Below are positions 1-7,907 of a DNA stretch of 32,000 nucleotides, one piece after another. The stretch is from assembly GCA_030606485.1 (NCBI GenBank), contig JAUWGH010000003.1, positions 270,001 through 302,000 of the forward strand. The letters are read 5' to 3'. The translations under genes and the position numbers were made by a program. The notes under the pieces were generated by a model that saw only the letters and a list, made by a program, of their open reading frames with translations, was not told the origin of the DNA and searched no databases. Position 1 is the stretch's first letter; each line of letters opens with the position of its first letter. This stretch comes from Promethearchaeota archaeon. GTDB taxonomy: Archaea; Asgardarchaeota; Lokiarchaeia; Sigyniarchaeales; SOKP01.

Positions 1-51
1 ATTAGGATTTATTCTAGAACTTATTAATATTTAATATTATTAATCAAATCA

Positions 52-1812
52 ATGAGAAAAATTATGAGTAAAGAAAAAAAAGAAGAAAGTTATAATGGTG
101 GGGATTTATTTGTCCAATGCTTACTTAATGAAGGCGTGGAGTATATATTTGGCATTGTAGGAGGGCAATTATTAGCGATTTATGATGCGATAAATCGATG
201 GGGTAAGGATAAAGGCATCGATACCATAATGACAAGACACGAACAAGCAGCAGGACACATGGCTGATGGCTACGCAAGAGTTACCGGGAAAATCGGTGTA
301 TGTATGGGTACCGTAGGACCCGGAGTGACTCATTTAATACCAGCTGTCGCCGCCGCATACATGGATTCGATACCTCTCCTCGTTATAGGTGCCCAAATTT
401 TAAGGGTACAAGACCGTAAAGGTTTTTATCAAGGCGATGTTCAACAAATAGAAATGTTGAGACCAATTACTAAGTTTCAAATTAGAGTAGAGGAACCTAA
501 TAAAATCCCCGGTGCAGTTCGGGCTTGCTTTATTGAAGCTTTATCTGGAAGACAGCGCCCAGTTTTTCTAGAGATAAGGGAATCTGCTCTAACGGGCAGA
601 GTTAGTAAAGAAGTTATGGAACAGATATGGAGTCCAGAATTGTACAGACCTCAAACAAAGCTTTTTGGGGATCCAAAACAAATTGAGAAAGCATTAGAAC
701 TCCTTAAAAATGCGAAGAAACCGTTTTTAATAGTTGGGGGCGGCGTAATGAGGTCAGGAGCTTGGGAGGAGTTGAGGAAATTTTCAATTAAATACAAAAT
801 CCCGATTGGAACAACACCCAATGGGGTGGGAGCATTAGGAAAGGATGACGAAACCTTTGTTGGTACGACCGTGGGACCAACTTATATGCAAAACACTGCT
901 AAAACCGCGGATGTCGTGATGGCTGTGGGTTGTAAGTGGGATTTCACTTTATTTTTCGGAGGTGCGCCCTTATGGGGGTCCAATCAAAAGACTATACATG
1001 TGGACATTGATCCTCAAGTTATAGGATTAAACCGTAAGACGGATATCGGAATAGTAGCCGATGCAAAGGCGGCTTTAACCCAAATTTTAGAGAAAAGTGA
1101 TGAGTACCTAAAAGAAAATCAATTTTCTGAGTGGAACATTCAAGTTCAAGAATATAAGGAAAAACGAGAGCAATTAGAATTAAAACCAAAAATTTCGGAA
1201 AAAGTTCCTATTCAGACGCAAAGATTATTAAATGAAATCTTCGATTTCTTTCCAAAAGAAACGATTTTTGCAATAGATGGCGGTGATCTTGCTACATTTT
1301 GTTGGATGCAAGTTAATACAAAGCATAGACCTCCACGAAGTACTTTAGCTTCTATTTCAATGGGTCATTTAGGAGTTGGGATTCCGTATGTAATCGGCGC
1401 AAAATTTGCATTTCCGGATAAACCATGTGTAAATATAGTAGGTGACGGCTCATTCCTATTTAATGTACAAGAACTCGATACATCTATAAGATACAAATTG
1501 CCAATCATAAATATAATTGCAAATAATAGTGCGTGGGGCATGATTAAAAGTGGGCAACGATATGGCTGGAATAAACGATATTATAATGTAGATCTTATAG
1601 GAACTGACTATGCTCGGATTGGAAAGGGTTTTGGATGTTATGCTGAAACAGTTGAAAAACCAGAAGATCTCAAACCTGCCTTTCAGCGGGCGATAGATTC
1701 GAGATTACCTGCAGTAATAAATGTAATATTGGAGTTTAAAACACCAGTTGCTACAAAAATACTCCAAACAATGAAAAAAGCAACAATAAAAAAGGCGCAA
1801 AAAGCAAAGTGA
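52..1812 (+). CDS. Thiamine diphosphate-dependent enzyme, acetolactate synthase large-subunit-like (ILVBL/HACL-like subgroup possible)
   Basis: 586 aa. N-terminal TRHEQAAGHMADGYAR and GPG motifs, central FAD-domain-like region (HVDIDP), ThDP-binding motif GDGSFLFNVQELDTSIRYKLPIINIIANN. Start could be the second Met at 64. Confidence 0.85.
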   Translation: MRKIMSKEKKEESYNGGDLFVQCLLNEGVEYIFGIVGGQLLAIYDAINRWGKDKGIDTIMTRHEQAAGHMADGYARVTGKIGVCMGTVGPGVTHLIPAVAAAYMDSIPLLVIGAQILRVQDRKGFYQGDVQQIEMLRPITKFQIRVEEPNKIPGAVRACFIEALSGRQRPVFLEIRESALTGRVSKEVMEQIWSPELYRPQTKLFGDPKQIEKALELLKNAKKPFLIVGGGVMRSGAWEELRKFSIKYKIPIGTTPNGVGALGKDDETFVGTTVGPTYMQNTAKTADVVMAVGCKWDFTLFFGGAPLWGSNQKTIHVDIDPQVIGLNRKTDIGIVADAKAALTQILEKSDEYLKENQFSEWNIQVQEYKEKREQLELKPKISEKVPIQTQRLLNEIFDFFPKETIFAIDGGDLATFCWMQVNTKHRPPRSTLASISMGHLGVGIPYVIGAKFAFPDKPCVNIVGDGSFLFNVQELDTSIRYKLPIINIIANNSAWGMIKSGQRYGWNKRYYNVDLIGTDYARIGKGFGCYAETVEKPEDLKPAFQRAIDSRLPAVINVILEFKTPVATKILQTMKKATIKKAQKAK

Positions 1813-1818
1813 TAAAAA

Positions 1819-1840
1819 TTTTTTTATATTCTTTTTTATT
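1819..1840 (+). terminator. Oligo-T tract, putative archaeal intrinsic terminator
   Basis: T7 (1819-1825) and T6 (1832-1837) directly after the TGA-TAA of the ThDP gene, in a convergent gap. Confidence 0.35.
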
Positions 1841-1874
1841 AAATGGATACTTAAATTAGAAAAAAATCAATTTA

Positions 1875-2855
1875 TTAGATTTCAACAAGGATTTTAATAA
1901 AATCTCTTTCTCCGGGTTTAAGAAATCTTTCAAAACCTGTTTGAATCTTGTCTAAAGGTATCACATCTGTAATGAAATGAGAGGGATTAACTTTATTATC
2001 TTCAAATAATTTTATCGCTCCTAATATATCATCTTGATCGTGCCCCATACATCCTTTAAAACAAATTTCTTTAGAATTAATTGTAAATATTGGAAAATCG
2101 ATACTTCCCTTATGAATCCCTTCAAGTAGAATCGTTCCACCTTTTTTAATAAGATCCATAGCCATTTTTATCGTATTTTCATTTCCAGCACAATCGAAAA
2201 TAAAAGTAGATCTCCCGTGGGATTTCATAAATTTTTTAACTTTCACTATTTTAGGAGGAAACACATCAGTGGCTCCAATCTCTTTCGCTCTTTCCCTTAA
2301 AAATTCATGAGGTTCAATTACAATAATATATTCAGGATTCTTCTCTGTTATTAAAGTATTTAAAAAGGATAGACCAATAGAACCAGCTCCAATAATTATG
2401 ATTTTTTCATTATTTCCGATATTGGATAATGTCATACCTCTAATTGCATTTGCAAAAGTTTCAATCAAAACAGCATCTCTACTGGAAAGTGATTCTGGGG
2501 GAGGAAATACATTATTTTGATTGACTTTTACATATTCGGCGAATCCTCCATCTTGAAAGATACCCATTCCAGCTACTTGCCCTATTTCAATTGCAACGTT
2601 CAGTGCAACAACTTTATCTCCTTTTTTCCAGTTTGATACATTTTCTCCAAGTTCTGCAATTTCTCCAGAGATTTCATGTCCCATAATTAAAGGTGTTTGA
2701 TACATTTTATGGATAAAATTAGAAATATCACTTCCACAGATTCCACAGTAATGAACTCTAACAATTACCTCATCAGGTCCCGGAACTGGTTTAGGATAAT
2801 CATCTCTATATACAATTTTTTTTACATCTTCAAATACAGCAGCCCTAATTTTCAA
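1875..2855 (-). CDS. Zinc-dependent medium-chain (MDR) alcohol/polyol dehydrogenase
   Basis: 326 aa, TTG start. Catalytic-Zn motifs CGICGSD and GHE, GGFAEY, Rossmann GAGSIG. The 4-Cys structural-Zn lobe is absent. Confidence 0.9.
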   Translation of the reverse strand: MKIRAAVFEDVKKIVYRDDYPKPVPGPDEVIVRVHYCGICGSDISNFIHKMYQTPLIMGHEISGEIAELGENVSNWKKGDKVVALNVAIEIGQVAGMGIFQDGGFAEYVKVNQNNVFPPPESLSSRDAVLIETFANAIRGMTLSNIGNNEKIIIIGAGSIGLSFLNTLITEKNPEYIIVIEPHEFLRERAKEIGATDVFPPKIVKVKKFMKSHGRSTFIFDCAGNENTIKMAMDLIKKGGTILLEGIHKGSIDFPIFTINSKEICFKGCMGHDQDDILGAIKLFEDNKVNPSHFITDVIPLDKIQTGFERFLKPGERDFIKILVEI

Positions 2856-2918
2856 TCATCTTAATGTGATAATTTAAAAATTTATATTATTTATTGAACA
2901 GTCAAACAATCTTTGTTA

Positions 2919-2974
2919 TTTAAAGTTTTAAATATTTATTATAAATAAATTTACAATCGATTAAAGTTTTAAAT
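2919..2974. promoter_or_regulatory. Two copies of a 14-bp motif TTAAAGTTTTAAAT in a divergent intergenic region
   Basis: Exact copies at 2920-2933 and 2961-2974 between the divergent MDR and UroD-family genes; quasi-palindromic (TTTAAA-GT-TTTAAA at 2919-2932). Confidence 0.35.
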
Positions 2975-3038
2975 TAATAATTAAATTATTCTAAGAGAAT
3001 CTAAAAATTAAATATCAATATTTCGGATATATTAAATT

Positions 3039-4199
3039 ATGAATAGTAAAGAAAGAGTTTGGGTAGCTCTTAACCTAAAGATTCCAGATAGAGTGCCAAT
3101 TCACGCTATTTTCGTTGATGGAAATATTGTTAACGAGGTTTTAGGAAGACCTCCACGAACAGCGTTTGATATTATGGACGAGATGGAACAGCAACATCCT
3201 GATGATTGGGTCGAAAGAATCAATGGAATTATTACCGAAATTGAGATCAGTGTTTTCTCAAGAGCGATGGAAACAGCAGCCGCTATAGGCTATGATACAT
3301 GTGGAGTAGGATATATTCCTTTTAAATTTGAAAGTAAGGAAGAAATGACAGACATTTTTGGGCGTAAATATAAAATAATTAACCTCGACGGAAATATATT
3401 TCCAGATTACTGTGGTGGCTTAATTAAAAACCAAGAAGATTGGGAAAATTGGCCAAAGCCTGATTTAAAAGAAATCTTTAGACGGGCTAAAAAATTTTAT
3501 AAAACAATTCAGCGTCGAAGCAAGAAGTTTAAAAATGATATTTGTATCATGGTAACAGACGATTTTACATCAATATTTCCCCCTATTTGGCAAGGTATGG
3601 GAATGGGACCTTTCGTTAGAGCACTAAAAGGTAATCCTAAATTAATTGAAGAACGATTCGAAATGACTACAGAAATCGTTCTTGGGTTGTTTAAAACTTA
3701 CGCTGAATGTGGTGCAAAGGTGTTTTTTGAAGGAGGCGATATTGCTTTCAGAAATGGGCCCCTCATTAATCCCAAATACATTGATAAATATGTGTTGCCT
3801 TGCATGAAGAAAGTTACCGAAGCGATTCATGAGTGGGGTGGTAAAATAATATTTCATTCTGATGGCGATATCACATCTCTTCTCGATTTCGTAGTCAAAG
3901 CTGGATTTGATGCGCTCCATTGCCTCGAACCCCCCTATGTAGATTTAAAGTTAGTCAAGAAGAAAGTAGGAGATAAGCTCTGTCTTTTAGGGAATATTGA
4001 TACCACACATGTGTTGGTTAACGATACTAAAAAAGAAGTTGAGGATGCAGTAAAACACGCGATAAAAATCTTAGGTCCTGGGGGTGGATACATTCTTTCT
4101 CCTTCTAATTCTCATCCTGCTATGTCATATCAGCGCATTAAATGGATGATTGAAGCTACTAAAAAATTTGGAACTTATCCACTTCAAATTAAAAATTAA
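3039..4199 (+). CDS. Uroporphyrinogen decarboxylase / MtaA-CmuA methyltransferase family protein
   Basis: 386 aa. N-terminal MNSKERV...PDRVP, GDIA..GPLINP, FHSDG, LGNID, GGYILSP motifs typical of the URO-D/CIMS-like TIM-barrel family. Confidence 0.8.
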   Translation: MNSKERVWVALNLKIPDRVPIHAIFVDGNIVNEVLGRPPRTAFDIMDEMEQQHPDDWVERINGIITEIEISVFSRAMETAAAIGYDTCGVGYIPFKFESKEEMTDIFGRKYKIINLDGNIFPDYCGGLIKNQEDWENWPKPDLKEIFRRAKKFYKTIQRRSKKFKNDICIMVTDDFTSIFPPIWQGMGMGPFVRALKGNPKLIEERFEMTTEIVLGLFKTYAECGAKVFFEGGDIAFRNGPLINPKYIDKYVLPCMKKVTEAIHEWGGKIIFHSDGDITSLLDFVVKAGFDALHCLEPPYVDLKLVKKKVGDKLCLLGNIDTTHVLVNDTKKEVEDAVKHAIKILGPGGGYILSPSNSHPAMSYQRIKWMIEATKKFGTYPLQIKN

Positions 4200-4220
4200 C
4201 TAGTTTTTTGTTTTCTTCGT

Positions 4221-4252
4221 TTTTTATTCATCCAAATTTTTATTCATCCAAA
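4221..4252. repeat. Perfect 16-bp tandem duplication TTTTTATTCATCCAAA x2
   Basis: Units at 4221-4236 and 4237-4252, read directly from the sequence. Confidence 0.85.
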
Positions 4253-4324
4253 GATCAATATTTCTTCTCAATAAGCGATATCTCCCCACTTTTATATGAG
4301 AAATTTTTATGTTTTCTTTTAAAT

Positions 4325-4384
4325 TTTTGCGAATTGCAAAATTATAAATATTCTATAAGACTATTTTAACTATAGAACTATAGT
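4325..4384 (+). promoter_or_regulatory. Putative promoter/operator of the TA operon
   Basis: TATA-like TTATAAAT (4342-4349) preceded by purine-rich GCAAAA; inverted repeat TTTTGC-N5-GCAAAA (4325-4341); tandem ACTATAGA/ACTATAGT palindromic boxes (4369-4384) near the expected start site. Confidence 0.45.
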
Positions 4385-4407
4385 AAAAAATTAAAAAAAG
4401 ATCAAAA

Positions 4408-4692
4408 ATGACCACTACAATACAAATAGATAATGAAACTAAAAGAAAGCTCTTTAATCTTAAGTTGAAATTAGAGAAAGAGAAAGGTAATGCGGTAACT
4501 TATAATGAGCTGATTATTTATTTATTAGAAAATCAAAATAATTATTTAACTAACAGAGTTAATATGAAAGAATTTAGAGAATTTGAAGGAATACTACCTG
4601 AAAGTGCTGTAGAAGAATACTGGAGAGAAAAAAAAAGAGATTTAGAAAGAGAAGAGAGAAAAGCACCGCTTAAGAAAGAAAAAGAGGCATAA
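4408..4692 (+). CDS. Putative antitoxin (VapB-like, ribbon-helix-helix-type N-terminus)
   Basis: 94 aa. MTTTIQIDNETKRKL...TYNELIIYLL strand-helix-helix pattern with a charged C-terminal tail; lies 4 nt upstream of a PIN-domain gene. Confidence 0.7.
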   Translation: MTTTIQIDNETKRKLFNLKLKLEKEKGNAVTYNELIIYLLENQNNYLTNRVNMKEFREFEGILPESAVEEYWREKKRDLEREERKAPLKKEKEA

Positions 4693-4696
4693 TATA

Positions 4697-5146
4697 TTGA
4701 TAAATGAAATAGATTTAAAAGATATTAAAAATATAGTTCTCGATTCAGGAGTAATAATAGAATATTTTAAAAAAGGTAGCACCAATATTAAAAAATTTTT
4801 AAGAAAACATTTTTTTAATGAAAATCGTTCGATTCAACTTCACGGGCATTATTTACTTAAATCCGAAATTTTTTATATCACATGTAGATCAATTGGTATT
4901 GCTAAAGCGAAAGATATAATATATAAACTTGAGAAATTTATTAATTATATCAGCGGAAAGCTATTATTTGAAAGAGCAGGTCTAATCAAATGTAAATATC
5001 CTATAGCTCTTCCTGATTGTTATTCAATTGCTTCAGGAATTCATTGTAATTGTCCAGTTTTATTTTTAGAGGAAAATGAATTAACAGAAGAAATTTTAGA
5101 TAAATTAAATGAGGAATTTAATTCTAAGATATATATAATTACCTAA
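4697..5146 (+). CDS. vapC: PIN-domain ribonuclease toxin (VapC-like)
   Basis: 149 aa, TTG start with AAGAGG 9 nt upstream. PIN acidic residues in VLDSG, SEI and LPDC; follows a small antitoxin-like gene. Confidence 0.75.
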   Translation: MINEIDLKDIKNIVLDSGVIIEYFKKGSTNIKKFLRKHFFNENRSIQLHGHYLLKSEIFYITCRSIGIAKAKDIIYKLEKFINYISGKLLFERAGLIKCKYPIALPDCYSIASGIHCNCPVLFLEENELTEEILDKLNEEFNSKIYIIT

Positions 5147-5183
5147 CCAACCGAATTAATTTAAAATAAAAAAAATTTAAATT

Positions 5184-5726
5184 TTATTTATAATTTTCAT
5201 AAGACTTTGCTATAGGTGGATTAATGATTTGTTGTTCAATGATAAAATTTTGGCCACAATTTACACAATAAGTTTTACCATTTAAATTTAAACGATCATT
5301 CATTCTCTCAGTGAATCTAATTCCACATTCTGGGCAATAACTATATTCTAATCCTTGCTCATGTTCTGATGAATTATCTGTTTTTTTATGTAATATTATT
5401 ATAGATTTCTTAACGTAGCGGCTCTCTTCAATTTTTTCATTGTATATTGGTCCAAAACTTTTCTCCGAACTTGATTTACCTGCGATTATTTCATATAATT
5501 TCTTAAAAATTATGTGTAGACCCTTAAAAAGTTTCTCCAGTATATAGAAAAGTCCCATAAAAATATATTTTAACAGATAAGCAAGACCTATACAAATTAA
5601 CACTATTATAGCCACTGCAAGTGCAAATCCTACACTTGATATGATAATTTGCTGGATCGAACTTAAGCTACTAAACCAATTTATAAAATTTTGCATACCA
5701 TTCCAACCATAAAATGCTTCTAACAA
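5184..5726 (-). CDS. Hypothetical membrane protein with C-terminal zinc ribbon
   Basis: 180 aa, TTG start. Long hydrophobic N-terminal segment, then CPECG...CVNCG Cys pairs. Confidence 0.7.
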   Translation of the reverse strand: MLEAFYGWNGMQNFINWFSSLSSIQQIIISSVGFALAVAIIVLICIGLAYLLKYIFMGLFYILEKLFKGLHIIFKKLYEIIAGKSSSEKSFGPIYNEKIEESRYVKKSIIILHKKTDNSSEHEQGLEYSYCPECGIRFTERMNDRLNLNGKTYCVNCGQNFIIEQQIINPPIAKSYENYK

Positions 5727-5909
5727 CTTTCTACTCGCTTTTTTTCATTTTTTTATTTAATATTTAAATTATACGTGAAGTCATTATTATTTGATTTTTA
5801 GACCAATTATTATCGAATAGTCCAATTTTTAGCGGAAGGAACTTAAATTTTAATTAACCTCGAATATATAAGAAAAATATTAAAAAAATAATTAGAGGTA
5901 TGATTATTT

Positions 5910-6695
5910 ATGGATAAAATTTTAGAAGGAAAAGTGGGTCTAATCACTGGAGCGGGGTCTGGATTTGGACGTGAAATCGCAATCACATTTGCAAGAGAGG
6001 GTGCAAACTTAGTGTTAAACGACATCGATTTGGAATCACTCGAAGAAACAAGGGATATAATTTTAAAATCGTATGATTGTGAAATACTTCTTTACCAAAT
6101 GGATATCTCTGATGCAGATAAAGTGAAAGAAATGAGTAAGGAAGTATTCAAGAAGTTTGATAATGTATTTGTTTTAGTAAATAATGCAGGAATAAATGGA
6201 GGTCTTTATAAATCATTAGTGTGCCCAATTGAGAATTATGATAGGGTTATGAATGTAAATCTTAAAGGTCCTTGGTTATTAGTTAAAAATCTTTTTCGGA
6301 AAATGAGGTTACAAAAATTTGCACCTGTTACAGGTAAAATAATTAATATTGCTTCATGTGCGGGTATAGAACCAAATCCAGCTATTGGGATGTATAGTGT
6401 AAGCAAAGCAGCATTGATTTATTTTACTAAATTGTGGGCTCTTGAATTAGCACCGAGAATCACAGTTAATTCTATTTCTCCTGGGGTTCATATTACGAAA
6501 ATATATGGTAATGATCCTGAATTGGCTCAAAGATTTTTAGATATGAGGGGTGTTAAAATTCCATTGAATAGATTTGGAACAAAAGCTGATGTTGCAAATG
6601 CTTGTTTATTTTTGGCTTCACCAGCATCTGATTATATCACGGGAGAAAACATAGTTATCGATGGTGGAATGACGACATCAATCAATAAATTATAA
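5910..6695 (+). CDS. Short-chain dehydrogenase/reductase (FabG-like classical SDR)
   Basis: 261 aa. TGAGSGFG, NNAG, NIAS, catalytic YSVSK, ITGENIVIDGG. Confidence 0.93.
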   Translation: MDKILEGKVGLITGAGSGFGREIAITFAREGANLVLNDIDLESLEETRDIILKSYDCEILLYQMDISDADKVKEMSKEVFKKFDNVFVLVNNAGINGGLYKSLVCPIENYDRVMNVNLKGPWLLVKNLFRKMRLQKFAPVTGKIINIASCAGIEPNPAIGMYSVSKAALIYFTKLWALELAPRITVNSISPGVHITKIYGNDPELAQRFLDMRGVKIPLNRFGTKADVANACLFLASPASDYITGENIVIDGGMTTSINKL

Positions 6696-6721
6696 ATTTT
6701 TTGAGATTAAAGTAGATCATT

Positions 6722-7879
6722 ATGAAATTAAAAAATCTTTTTAGTCCAGCAAAAATTGGAAATGTTCAAATTAAAAATAGAATTATTCGATCAGCCACAA
6801 CCGAAAGGTTAGCTAATAAAGAAGGCACTATAAACGATAAATATATTAAAAACTATACAGATTTGGCTGAAGGAGGAATTGGATTGATAATTTCTGGATT
6901 TATCAATGTAGAATTAGGATATTCGGTTATGCCTAACAGCCCAGCTTTATACAATGATTCCTTCATCTCAGGACAAAAAAAGTTAGTTGATGCCGTTCAT
7001 GACTATTCTGATGTAAAATTTGCGGCTCAACTTGCGCATACGGGTCGTCAATCGACACATCCAAAATTTGAAGCGGTTGGACCTTCATCAATTCCAGATA
7101 AGTCAGTCAATCGAGTACCTCGTGAATTAACAGACGATGAAATTAAAGAAATTATAAAAAAATTTGTAAATGCAGGTCGGAGGGCTTTTAATATTGGTTA
7201 TGATATGGTACAACTACACGCTGCACACGGATATTTACTCAGTAATTTCATTTCTCCCTATTCAAATAAACGTACTGGGGAATATGGAGGAGATACTAAA
7301 GGGAGAACTAAAATCTTGGTTGATATTTATAAGCAACTAAGGGATGAGATTGGAAAGAATTTTCCTATCACAATTAAATTACAGACTGAAGATGGTGTTC
7401 CTGAAGGTATGACCTTAGAAGAGGGAAAGAAAATTGCCAAAATTGTTATAGACACGGGTTATGATGCAATTGAAGTGTCAGGAGGGATGGGAGAATCTTT
7501 AATTGGGACTAAAAATGCACTCCCTAGTAAACAAAATATTGGTCCAGAAGAAGAAAACTACTTTCTGCAAAATATTAAAGAAATTAGACCATATATGAAA
7601 GATTGTGCCGCTATCCTTGTGGGTGGAGTTAAAAATCCTATAACTGTTGAAAAATTTCTTCAAGATAAAATAATTGATTTTATTTCAATGTGTAGACCAT
7701 TGATTCGCGAACCAGATCTTCCAAATCGTTGGAAGAATGGTGATATTTCACCAGCACATTGTATTAGTTGCAATTCTTGTTATATGTCTGGATTAACAGG
7801 TCCTATTTATTGTACTGTCAAAGAGAAATTAGAAAAGAAGAGATTAAGAAAAGAACAAAGATTAAAAAATAATAAATAA
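6722..7879 (+). CDS. NADH:flavin oxidoreductase, Old Yellow Enzyme family
   Basis: 385 aa. LFSP..IG, QLAHTGRQ, QLHAAHGYLLSNFISP..NKRTGEYGG, RPLIREPDLP; C-terminal CISCNSC-x10-C. 26 nt downstream of the SDR, so probably the same operon. Confidence 0.92.
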   Translation: MKLKNLFSPAKIGNVQIKNRIIRSATTERLANKEGTINDKYIKNYTDLAEGGIGLIISGFINVELGYSVMPNSPALYNDSFISGQKKLVDAVHDYSDVKFAAQLAHTGRQSTHPKFEAVGPSSIPDKSVNRVPRELTDDEIKEIIKKFVNAGRRAFNIGYDMVQLHAAHGYLLSNFISPYSNKRTGEYGGDTKGRTKILVDIYKQLRDEIGKNFPITIKLQTEDGVPEGMTLEEGKKIAKIVIDTGYDAIEVSGGMGESLIGTKNALPSKQNIGPEEENYFLQNIKEIRPYMKDCAAILVGGVKNPITVEKFLQDKIIDFISMCRPLIREPDLPNRWKNGDISPAHCISCNSCYMSGLTGPIYCTVKEKLEKKRLRKEQRLKNNK

Positions 7880-7907
7880 CATAATATTGAAGCCAAAATA
7901 AAGGAAA

